DNA of 64,000 bases from Octopus bimaculoides (Eukaryota), in the NCBI RefSeq assembly GCF_001194135.2, contig NC_069001.1, forward strand, positions 23,890,568 to 23,954,567. Direction: 5' to 3'. The position numbers and the translations under genes were made by a program. Positions 52,841 through 64,000 of the stretch are shown here, one piece after another (within the stretch, counting starts at the first letter, position 1; every line of letters begins with the position of its first letter). The notes beneath the pieces are model-generated. The model did not search any database. It was not told the origin of the DNA and was given only the letters and a program-made list of their open reading frames with translations.

Positions 52841-54322
52841 TAGAAGAATATATATTTTCCTTAAAGAAATATCCACACCAGGGCATAAGAATAGCTTTAT
52901 ACTGTAACAAACAGTCTTCACACAGTATGCTTGGCCGGAGGGATTGGTTTAGCTCTGTTGAGTATACATGTTTGCTGTGAAAAAGAAGTTTTTCACAATT
53001 CCATGTCCCACTAAGAACAAAAAAAAACCCTCCAAAAATTGTTGGATCTCACACTCCACTACAATTTTCCTAGGTCCCACCAGTGGGGTACATGCTCCAC
53101 GGTGGGAATCCCTGATATAGACAGCATTACATATAACAAACAGACTTGGAATGACCCAAATTGGACACTTCAATGAAAACATAAGGTCTGTCAATCTAGT
53201 CTAGAAGAATAACTAAGATGTGAGAAAGAGTATGATATTTGCTATTCTCAGTATAAGCTTGTGGTAAGATTGCTTTTTCATTTTATTTTTTGTTTTCTGT
53301 TTAACTCACTAAAAACCCATTTGATCTGATTTGAAATTTTTTTGTAAAGTGTCTCTAAAGAAACCATTTTGTTTGTTTACTAATGAAAGCAAAAATATTT
53401 TCTAAGCAAATTAAAAGACTTTTTTTCCCCGCAAACAGAAAAAAATTATGCAAGCAATTATTTCATTATCTTTGTATGTAGAAGTTTTGCATCAAATAAA
53501 ACGCTTTTTCTACTTAATTTCTCTTGATCTTGAAATATCACTGTATTTAAAGAAGATGTAACAAGCTTGATGCAAATGCAAAAATAATTATTTCTAATTT
53601 TGGCACAAGGCTGGCAATTTTGAGGAGAGAGAATGAGTTCACTACATAGCTGGCACATTGTTTCACTGGGCCTGCAAGGATGAAAGGCATGTTATCCTCA
53701 AGAGTTTGAATCTAGGACATAAAGAATCAGACATGGTATATTTCTTTGGAATCTTCAAAATTAATTGTTAGTATTTCTTGATTTGGCTCATCCAAGAACT
53801 GAGCCACATCATCTGAAAGATTTCACCATTTCTTAGACATTTTTGTTACTTTCACTAAAATATGATCCTCTAAATGCTTGAGGTTGCATTGATTTAATTC
53901 CTCCTCCATCCATATATTATAGTTGCAGGCTGTGTGGTAAGAAGTTTGCTTCTCAACCACATGGTTGTGGGTTCAGTTCCACTGGATGACACCTTGAGCA
54001 ACTGTCTTCTACCATAGCCATCAGCCAACCAAAGCCTTGAATTTAGTAGACAGAAAATGAAAGAGTCCCCATTCTATATACATATGTGTGTGTGTGACAT
54101 TTGCAAAGTATTTGGTGATCCTGTCAGTGATAGTGCCAACAGGGGCAAAATGAAAAAAAACTTGGTGAAAATGCTTTCTTTGCTGTAGTAGTTGAGTATA
54201 CAAATTTTCATTTGATGTCAAAAAAATTTTTAATTTTTGATCAAAATGTACATAAATTAGCACTTTAAAAAGGGGTGTCAAATTACCAAAAAACTTCCTA
54301 ATATATTGAAAACAATTCATAC

Positions 54323-54529
54323 TTAACCATTTCATTACCAACCTGGCTGAAACCAGCTCTGGCTCTGAGTACAAATGTCTTGGTTTCGTAAGGTTTGAAT
54401 TAAAATCTTCCATGAAACCTTAGTCACAATTTATGTTCCTAACACTAGCTGAATGATAACTAAGTTATTTTAGTAAATTCTATGTTATATATGAAGTAAT
54501 TGAAAGAAACACAGTAACAAAAGGTTTAA
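54323..54529. mobile_element. piggyBac-type MITE
   Basis: TTAA at both ends; degenerate TIRs CCATTTCATTAC and (rc) ACCTTTTGTTAC. Confidence 0.6.
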
Positions 54530-54899
54530 AAGATGAAGGATATTGAATAAGAGAAACAAATATTTTTACCATGACAAATAATGATGTATGTCACCGGAAA
54601 TGTTGAAAAAAAAAAGCTGAACTTCTTTTCCTCAGCATTTGAAAAAAATCATAAAAGAAAGAGAAATTGATTTTTTTCTTCTTAAATTGTTTGTAAATAC
54701 TCATGATAAATACCCCTTTCATTCACTATTAGTACATAACCATAACATATTATGAAATATGAATTAATCTCATATTTTATTTAATCAAAATAGACGCGCT
54801 ATTTTTAAGACATTCCTTTCATATATCTTATAATATTTTGCTTTTGCAAAAAAAGTTAATAGTTGAAACTTTCAGAAATTAATAACATATATATGTTGG

Positions 54900-55520
54900 C
54901 CATTATTAAGAAGTTCTATGAAATTAGGGCTGACATGTTGGAAGATGTGGAATTTTTCATCTAAAACTTCTGTTAACAGTTTTGGCCTTATGTATTCATA
55001 TCTGTGCACATCGTATAAACAACTTTGGTTCCATTCCGGAGCTGATTTGGGTAGACATGCTTGCACTTTCCTTACATTTCTTGTAATTGCCATTCTCTGT
55101 GCTGCTGATGAGTTCATTACTTGGCCATTTTTTTCCTGACATGTTTCCTTTGCTTCTCTTAGCTTTGCTCTATACGTAGCCACCCTCTGTCTGTTCATCA
55201 TCACCTTCTTCTCATGAGAAGCTTGTTGTTCCTTACACTTTGCTTGATATTTTGCTCCCTTCTCTTCTCTTTCTTTGCTTCATTCCTGATGTCTTCCCTT
55301 GTTGGTCTACCTCTCCTTTCCAGGACATCCTTTTTCTCTGCATCCTTTTTCTCTGCATATCTTACTCTTTGCTTTTGTAATATTCCTTCTTTCTTCTTTT
55401 GATAATTTGCTTTGCTTTGAGCTGCTCTGTTTGTCCTTTTTTAATTTCTTGTGATATGCAAGCCTTTCAACACCATCCACATCGCAAAGTGTTCTGTAGG
55501 AATCTGCATTGTAAAAGGAA
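54900..55520 (-). pseudogene. Frameshifted K/E/R-rich coding relic, probably a DNA-transposon protein N-terminus
   Basis: Overlapping frames ERLAYHKKLKK..RQRVATYRAKLREAKE..SSAAQRMAITRNVRKVQACLPKS; family not established. Confidence 0.3.
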
Positions 55521-55875
55521 ACTATGAATGTATTCATATGATTCAATTTCAAATGGACATATTTGAAATAATATTTGGGTTCACATAATTCAAAATACAA
55601 CACAATAAATAATGCTAGAGTTACTTCTATTCAATTCAATCGTTCGTCATCAGAAGACAATCATATGACCTTGATGTGGCAGAAAACGGACATTAGGTCA
55701 GTCTTTTTCATCCTCAGCAATATATAAACATATAATAATTTAAGTTCTCGTTGCTCAAACTTGCTAAAATGTTTACACAATGGATCACTACATATGTACA
55801 ATTCATACTTAAATGATGAAAGGTAAGCATTTCACCTAACACTAACAATTCTACTAGCTTGCTACTTTAATAATA

Positions 55876-55914
<39 letters not shown>

Positions 55915-55916
<2 letters not shown>

Positions 55917-56370
55917 ACCAATAGACATAGATAGAGAAATCAAGGTTAAAAGACCGGATATAGTTGTCAGAGATCATCAAGAAAAGAAGATGTCTTCTAA
56001 TCGATATATCAATACCAACAGATGACAACGTTTCTCTAAAAGAAATGGAGAAACTTTGGAAATACAAAGACCTGGAAATAGAGGTAACTCAAATGTAGAG
56101 CTTAAAAACAGAAACAATTCCTACCATTGTAGGTGTATTAGGTATGATAAAAAAGATATTCAGACAAATACATAACAAAAACAGCAGGACTTACAAATAT
56201 ATATATAAGTGTGTAGAAAATAACACTACTAGGCATCGTACCCATCCTACATAAATCACTTTCAATACAGTGAAAATAAGAGCACCCCAACAAACCACAG
56301 CATATAGCCAAGGCACACAGAGCTGTGCTCGGTATTGCAGTGAAAGCATGTGATAAAAGTAAGACTACTG
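55915..56370 (+). mobile_element. 5'-truncated R4/Dong-like LINE (REL endonuclease end and 3'UTR)
   Basis: REIKVKRPDIVVRDHQE..KEMEKLWKYKDLEIEVTQM*SLKTETIPTIVGVLG; flanked by (TAA)/(GAT)n and (AAT)n. Confidence 0.85.
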
Positions 56371-56789
56371 AATAATAATAATAATAATAATAATATTAAT
56401 AATAATAATAATATTGATAATGAAAAAAATAGTTCTTATGGGAAAATTATTGTCTATGTAATCCCCAAAACATTTTAATCTGTAAACATTGTCAAAAGTA
56501 CTTTTAGATGTACATAATAGCAAACACCTTTCACTGTCATCTTAAGATCACACTGTCATCTTATAATCAAATCGCTTTCAAAACAAACTTTTAATTTTCT
56601 TATGATTTGACAGACATTCTCTAGAACAATACCCTGTGCAAAACCAAAACTATGTCACCTTAGTCTTAACACCAACTTGAACTTCTAACTTGTTGTCTCT
56701 TGAGGTCTCTGGATGAGACTTGGAATCAACTTGTACAAATACAAAGTAAAAGCTAAACATATAATAATGATAATAATAATGAAAAGATA

Positions 56790-57468
56790 CATAACAAGTA
56801 ACTGCAGAATATGTGGCAATGGATAAGAAACAATAAATAATATTATCTCTGGGTGCCCAGTCCTGGTTAAGAAGAAATATATTCACAGACACGACAGAGC
56901 TGGGACCTACATACACTGGAAGCTATGCCAACACTATGGAATAACAACAGAAAAAAGATGGTATAGGCACACGCCAGAAAAGGTCACAGAAAACGAGAAA
57001 GCAATCATACTCTGGGATATGCCAATACACACAGAGAAATTAAGGCCAATAGACCAGATATAGTTGTCAAAGATCATGAAGGAAAAAAATGCTTTCTAAT
57101 TGATGTATCAATCCCAGCAGATGACAACGTTTCCCTAAAAGAAATGGAGAAACTTTCAAAATACAAATACCTGGAAATAGAGGTAACTCGAATGTGGAAT
57201 CTAAAAACAGAAACAATTCCTATCATAGTAGGTGCCTTAGATATAATAAAAAAATATTCAGACAAATACATAACAAAAACACCAGGATTTACAAATATAT
57301 ATAACATACAGAAAATTGCACTACTGGGCACTGCACACATCCTACGCAAAACACTTTCAATACAGTAACCATAAGAGCACCACAGCAAACCACAGCCCAT
57401 ACCCAAGGCACACAGAGCTGCGCTCGGTAGTGAAGTGAGAGCACGTTATAAAAATAAAACTACTGAAC
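56790..57468 (+). mobile_element. 5'-truncated R4/Dong-like LINE (CCHC knuckle, REL endonuclease, 3'UTR)
   Basis: CRICGNG*ETINNIISGC..RHDRAGTYIHWKLC..ILWDMPIHT/REIKANRPDIVV..LIDVSIPADDN..PIIVGAL..QKIALLGTAHILRKTL; (TAA)n on both sides. Confidence 0.9.
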
Positions 57469-57510
<42 letters not shown>

Positions 57511-57539
57511 TGGAATTGTTGGAATTATAGACTGGAAAC

Positions 57540-57932
57540 TATATAAAGAAACTTGACAGAAGAACTAGGAAGTTGTCGACATAGTATGAAGCCCACCATC
57601 TGAAAGCTGATACCATCTGGCTGTACTTGAGGAGAGAGCAGAGTGGAAGAAGCTTAACAGAAGTAGAAGAATGTGTACAGATGGAAAGAAAAAGTCTAGC
57701 AGGGTATTTACAGAACAGTACAGAAAAACTACTAAAGACATTTAATAAAGAACAGGGGATCAAGTGTGTATAAGGAGAAAAGAAAAAGAATGTAATTCAA
57801 AGGGCGTGTGCCAGACAGATTGAAGAGAAAGCTCTGCATGGTCAGTTTTGGAGAGCCACTGAAGATGTATGTGAAAGAAAATCGTGGGGTCGGTTAAAAA
57901 AAACAAGGGCAATTAAAAGAAGAAACAGAGAA
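57540..57932 (+). mobile_element. R4/Dong-like LINE post-RT fragment
   Basis: IKKLDRRTRKLST*YEAHHLKADTIWLYLRREQSGRSL..KALHGQFWR..SWGRLK/GQLKEETE. Confidence 0.75.
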
Positions 57933-58546
57933 GCGCAGGAGTGGCTGTGTGGTAAGTAGCTTGCTTATCAACCACATGGTTCTAGGTTCAGTCCCACTGC
58001 GTGGCACTTTGGGCAAGTGTCTTCCACTATAGCCTCGAGCCGACCAAAGCCTTGAGTGGATTTTGTAGATGGAAACTGAAAGAAGCCCGTCGTATATATG
58101 TTATTTCTTTACTATCCACAAGGGGCTACACACAGAGGGGACAAACAAGGACAGACAAACGGATTAAGTCGATTACATCGACCCCAGTGCATAACTGGTA
58201 CTTATTTAATCGATCCTGAAAGGATGAAAGGCAAAGTCGACCTTGGCGGAAGTTGAACTCAGAACGTAGCGGCAGACGAAATACCGCTAAGCATTTCGCC
58301 CGGCGTGCTAACGTTTCTGTATGTGTGTGTATATGTTTGTGTGTCTGTATTTGTCCTCCGCAACATCACTTGACAACCGATGCTGGTGTGTTTACATCCC
58401 CATAACTTAGTAGTTCGGCAAAAGAGACCGATAGAATAAGTACTAGGCTTACAAAGAATAAGTCCTGGGGTCAAGTTGCTCGACTAAAGGCGGTGCTCCA
58501 GCATGGCCACAGTCAAATGACTGAAACAAGTAAGAGAGTAAAAGAG
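57933..58546 (+). mobile_element. SINE family A with a minus-strand family B copy (58102-58319) in its internal microsatellite
   Basis: A head, B reverse complement, then A 3' half. Confidence 0.9.
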
Positions 58547-58595
58547 ATATATTTTATTCTGTGTCTTTGAAATAGTTTCAAGGACACTTAAATAG

Positions 58596-58941
58596 TGTAA
58601 AAGGTAAAGACCCCCTTCAGTCATGAAAGACCATGGGAGTGCACTTAGAAATTTCCCCTCCAATCACAAGTCTGTGCAAGGTTGTTTATGAAAGACTTAA
58701 CAGTCACCCAGGCATACCAACCTCCCCTCTCCATGCCACAGATGTTGTCTAAGGGAAAGGCAAAGGCCGATACAGCTTGGCACCAGTGACGTCGTAACTC
58801 ATTTCTACAGCTGAGTGAACTGGAGCAATTTGAAATAAAGTGTCTTGCTCAAGACCACACCACAAAGTCCAGTCGAGGAATTGAACTCACTACCTCGTGA
58901 TTGCGTGAGCCTGACGCTCTAACCATTGAGCCATGTGCCCT
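58596..58941 (-). mobile_element. tRNA/CORE-like SINE family E
   Basis: Head GAGGGCACATGGCTCAATGGTTAGAGC..GAGTTCAATTCC; CORE-like GTCTTGAGCAAGACACTT; TSD CACTTAAATAG at 58585-58595 and 58942-58952; partial copy near 62460-62600. Confidence 0.85.
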
Positions 58942-58978
58942 CACTTAAATAGCATGAGTGCTAAACATTCAAGTTTAA

Positions 58979-59196
58979 CCCTTTAACATTTAAACCAGAG
59001 AGATCTGGCCAAAATGTTCCCTGTTTTAGGTTCAAACTGGCCAGATCCTGCCTCTCACACCTATCCTACAATGTCATTTTAGAAATATACAATCACATCA
59101 TTGTAATCGCAAAGGTTTGAGATAATGTATGACTTATTCAAATCAATGTGAATGAATAAGCATTAAATTTGGTAGAGTAATCTGAATGCAGAAGGG
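58979..59196. mobile_element. piggyBac-type MITE
   Basis: TTAA-CCCTTTAACATT..AATGCAGAAGGG-TTAA; partial copy at about 41330-41426. Confidence 0.8.
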
Positions 59197-59429
59197 TTAA
59201 TTACAAAATACTGTAAGAATGCAAAGGGAAAAATTTATATTTCTTTGTTATGGAATGGTATGCAGTGTGACCACATGAAATAAGTGGCATCTCCAGTAAG
59301 TTCCAGCAACAGGCTGCAATGGTTAACATGTTAAGAAGCAAATGCCATAGCTGTAGTTGGAGAAAAGATCATAAAAAAGATAAAATGGAACCTGACAGGA
59401 TATGAGGAAATAGACTGATGGCTAAAGCA

Positions 59430-59654
59430 TTTATTCATTCATCGTTTTCTCTCTTTCTTTCTCTCTTTTCCTTCTCCTTCTCTAACTGTCAGCTTCTTTC
59501 TTTCCTTCTTTCTTTCTTACCTTCTTTCTTTCTTACCTTCTTTCTTTCTTACCTTTCTTTCTTTTTTCTGTCTTTTTTTCTTTCTTTCTTTCTTTCTTTC
59601 CTTCTTTCTTTCTCTCCCTCTTTCTTTCTCTCTTTCTTTCTTTCTTTCTTTCTT

Positions 59655-59688
<34 letters not shown>

Positions 59689-59992
59689 ACTTTCTTTCTT
59701 CCTTTCTTCCTTTCTCTCTTTCTCTCTTTCTTTCTCCCTTTCTTTCTTTCTTTCTGTAACCTTCACTGACTGTCTGTATCTTTCTTCTTGCGTTTACTCT
59801 CTCTCCTCTTTTCTCTCTCTCTCCTTATCTTCTTCTCTCTCACCCTTCTTCTCTCTCTCCTTTTCTCCCTCTCTTTCTCTTCTTCTCTCTAATTATCTTG
59901 TCTCAATATCTCTCTCTCTTTCTCTCTCTTCCTCTCCCTTTCTCTCTTTATCTATCACCATTCCCCTCCCCACCTCTCTCTCTCTCTCTCTC
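59430..59992. repeat. Long polypyrimidine (TTTC/TC)n tract
   Basis: About 560 bp with very few purines on plus. Confidence 0.9.
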
Positions 59993-61559
59993 AGCTACCA
60001 TCTGATAGCCTTCAGACATTGAACATCTCAAAAACAGAGATAATGTCAACAGAAAACAGCAGTAACTTTGATACAGGTATTGACGACCATGACAGTGGTG
60101 GTGGCGGCAGCAAAGTCAGGGGTGGGGGGGGCAGTAGTGGTCATGGTCGTGGTGTGACGGTGATCAACAGGGTGGAAACATATTAATGTTTCCAGGCATT
60201 TAACCGCTTAAATAAGAAACTGTAACCTATTTTAGATTTTAGACAACTAATGGGAAAGACATGACTGTAATACTGAAAGGAAAGCGGAGAAAAGATGCTC
60301 AGCTCTATAAAAATGCCTGTAACCTAATGTGAAATGTTGCGTGAACATGGTAAAAACCAATCTGGTAAAACTAAAACAGTGAAAACCAATTGAATTAACA
60401 TTTTATTTCTCTTCAATCAACTTCATAATTTTATTCAATTACATACTAGCAAATGTATGTAGGAATTAAAAATTGGAAGAATAAAGAGAAAGAGAGAGAG
60501 AGAGAGGGAGGGAGAGAGAGGGAGGGAGAGAGAGGGGGGAGAAAGAGACGGGGTGGGGAGAGAGGGAATGAGACATGTTAAAGAAAACGTTAACCCTGTG
60601 TGGTGTGTGTGTGTGTATATGGGTATTGGGATGTGTGTTTATGTGTGCATGTGTATGTATGCATACACATAATGTGTGTGTGTATCTAAATATTAACACA
60701 CTCATGTACATATATATACATATATATATGTCTTAGAGGAGACTATATGTCCTTGTCTTTTCAACCGTTTACATTTTTATTTTCGAGTTTTTTTTTTGTT
60801 TATGGTGTTGTTTTGTTTTTAACTGTGTGTTTATTTGTTTNNNNNNNNNNNNNNNNNNNNNNNNNNNNNNNNNNNNNNNNNNNNNNNNNNNNNNNNNNNN
60901 NNNNNNNNNNNNNNNNNNNNNNNNNNNNNNNNNNNNNNNNNNNNNNNNNNNNNNNNNNNNNNNNNNNNNNNNNNNNNNNNNNNNNNNNNNNNNNNNNNNN
61001 NNNNNNNNNNNNNNNNNNNNNNNNNNNNNNNNNNNNNNNNNNNNNNNNNNNNNNNNNNNNNNNNNNNNNNNNNNNNNNNNNNNNNNNNNNNNNNNNNNNN
61101 NNNNNNNNNNNNNNNNNNNNNNNNNNNNNNTGTGTGTGTGTATCTAAATATTAACACACTCATGTACATATATATACATACATATATATATGTCTTAGAG
61201 GAGACTATATGTCCTTGTCTTTTCAACCGTTTACATTTTTATTTTCGAGTTTTTTTTTTGTTTATGGTGTTGTTTTGTTTTTAACTGTGTGTTTATTTGT
61301 TTCTCTAATTGTTTATTATATTATTCATAATCTGAATTACATTTCAATTTTGAAATGCTTCAAGACAAAAATGGCTTTTATAACTAATAATTTTGCTGTT
61401 GGCAATGTAGTGTCTTTTAATTGAAATTTGAAAACTGAAAAACAAAATTAACTCAGTTGAAAAACGAAAACAGATATATATACACAGCCACACATGCAAA
61501 CACACACATGCATACACATACATGATGATGCATGCACAGAAACACATAAAGTACACTGC

Positions 61560-62350
61560 AACAGCTAACTACTACCAGTACTAATAAAAACAACAATGAC
61601 GACAACAACAAGAATGCCAACAACAACAACAATAACAACAGGAACGAAAGAAGCTGCAAGAGAGAATCGGATTACTCCTACAACTAATTGCTACAAGGTA
61701 GTTTCGGATCTGATAGTTTGTGATACAGATGGAGGGGGAGGAAGAGGAGGAGGAGGAAGAAGAAGAAGAAGAAGGTGATGATGATGATGATGAGGAGGAT
61801 GATGATGATACGGTGGTGGTGGTGGTGGTGATGATGATGACAATGGAGGTGATGATGATGAAAATCATGATGGTGGTGGTGGTGGTGGTAGTGGTGGTGA
61901 TGTCACTTAATATGAAAATAATGAGGAATAAGTTTGTCTTGGTGGTGGTGGTGGTGGTGGTGGTGAATAATTGCAGTCAATGTTTTTGATATTAATGATA
62001 TTATGATGATTAATGACATTCATGATTACAGTGAAAGTATGTAAACATTGCCACTATTGGCGATGATGACAATAATGATGATGATGACGATGATGATGAT
62101 GTTGATGGTAAACATGGTGGTAGATTTAGTATTAATATATGATTGTGATGATGATAATGGTAATGATGGAAGTGGAAGTATTGGTGGTGGCAGCGGTAGT
62201 GGTAGTGATAATGGTGGTAGTGGTGGTGGTGGGGGGTAGTAGTTGTTGTAACCATGCTTCAGGTGTTGATAATGATGAAGATATCAATGAAGGTGGTGAC
62301 AATACAATTGCTGCTATTAATTCCAATGATGGTGAGAACATAATCATAAA
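61560..62350. repeat. Trinucleotide mosaic (CAA, GAA, GAT, GGT)
   Basis: Direct inspection; produces homopolymeric ORFs in several frames. Confidence 0.85.
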
Positions 62351-63942
62351 AAAAGCTGAAGAACGATAAAGCTTCTTCCAGAGTCATATAGACTCAAAGT
62401 GCTATTTTCCAGTTTCTGTGGTATTATATATTACCCCTGGATGGGAAGCTAGTCCATGGCAGGATTACTCACTTTCAACAGCAGAGTCGACTGGAGCAAT
62501 GTGAAATGAAGTGTTTTGCCCAAGAACACCATGCATTGCCTGGTTTAGGAATTGAAACCACATTTTTACGATCCTGAGTCCAATACTCTGGTCTCTAACC
62601 CACACATCTCCACAAGAACAGAGTTGATAGAAAAAGGACACTATTAACAATAATGTCTAAGATAGAGCAAAAGACAAAAAATATTATGGTTAAGAATAGA
62701 CTCAATTATATTAACTCCTGTTACTGTTTTCCTATCTATCGCTAGTAGGGAGATGAGTTGCTGCTATCCCCAGTGGTTGAGTGTCCACCACTGATGAAAC
62801 CAAGGAAGGTCAAAATTACGTGATTTGGTGGCCTCAGCACTGGATGTGGTAGGGATTTATCTCCCCACTAGTTATATAAGCAAGAGGGCATTCTGCAACA
62901 AAAGCCAATATGGGAGTTTCTCTCATGGTATCTACTGTAGTATTAGTTTGTTCAAACAGATTATCCACAATTAAGTGGACATAAATATTACCTCACGGTA
63001 TTAATTCGGCTTCTCTTGCTAATATTTATTTTTTAACGAGTTGACTGCCTAATTGCAACTGCAGCATCTGCCCTGGCACTGATTTCCTGTATATCACTGG
63101 CAAAGAGATGAATTGTTGCTATCTCTAGAAATTGAGCATCCATCATAGACAAGGTCAAAGAAGGTCAAAATCACAGGATCTGGTAGTCTCGGTGTTAAAG
63201 CTGGTGGGGATTTACTTATCTGCTAGCAATATAAAGAAGTATGCATTTTGCACCAAAAGTCCATGAGAACTTCTTTCTTGGTATCTACCACAGTATAATT
63301 TGTTCCAACAGAACATCTACATTTTAGTGAAGCTAAATATTACTTATTGGTATCAGTACTGCCTCTGCCACTAATATATATTTGTTACTGGACTGATATT
63401 GTTTTTGACCAACCATAGGACGTTGACTGTCAGAGTCTGATTTTGCTAGAATGTGAACAGTTTTGTCTTTCTTTTAGTCATTGGACTTGCCAATGGTTGA
63501 ACATTGACTTCTCGAGTTAGTCAAACTAAATGACTCCTGTAACTAATTTATTCGTCTCTTTTGCTGAATCACTCTGTTATGTGGATGGAAACAAAGCAAC
63601 ACTGGTTGTTTAAACCATGGTGGGAAAGACAATCACAGCACACAAAGATGGACATGCATACACATTTTTTTGTGTCCCTGTGTATGTTTATTGTTATGTC
63701 TCAAGCTACTGCTCTCTAGCACCTTTGGATGATCCTTACTCAACCACTACACAACTGCTACTCGATGGCTACTCAACTGTTACTTGACTGCTACTCAGTA
63801 CACCTACCATGGCCAGACTACCTCTATTTATATGTCTTGGGAGATCCTACTTCTTCGCTTGGGGGCATCGATACAACATTTACATATATTATATATGCTT
63901 ATATATTTATATATACATGTATATATGTTTATATATGTGTTG

Positions 63943-64000
<58 letters not shown>

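Noticed and set aside
60672-61282. About 165-bp direct repeat
   Set aside because: Flanks a gap and differs only by microsatellite length; probably two haplotypes of one locus
61720-62369. Poly-E/D/V ORFs
   Set aside because: Trinucleotide mosaic that is homopolymeric in all frames, with no domain

Overview
AT-rich, CpG-depleted eukaryotic DNA with large N gaps, made almost entirely of microsatellites and transposon debris. The repeat families look like those of an octopus genome (inferred from recalled repeat sequences, not a database match). I found no CRISPR array, rRNA, true tRNA gene or confidently identifiable host protein gene, and most ORF-track entries are microsatellite or N-gap artefacts. 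Supported content: five tRNA-headed SINE-type families (my labels A, B, D, E, P); RTE LINE fragments plus many RTE 3'UTR stubs (family C); an R4/Dong-like LINE cluster in (TAA)n; Tc1/mariner relics with three catalytic spacings; and mariner, hAT and piggyBac-type MITEs. One CpG-rich promoter-like island (21.2-21.77 kb; TATA, two CACGTG, CCAAT, E2F) probably drives a minus-strand gene whose first exon runs into a gap. The most unusual structure is at 22.4-23.0 kb: a tRNA-headed element with a Penelope-type minimal hammerhead-like motif in its tail, joined head-to-head to an inverted partial copy. Coordinates were counted by hand and element ends are approximate unless a TSD or TIR is given.
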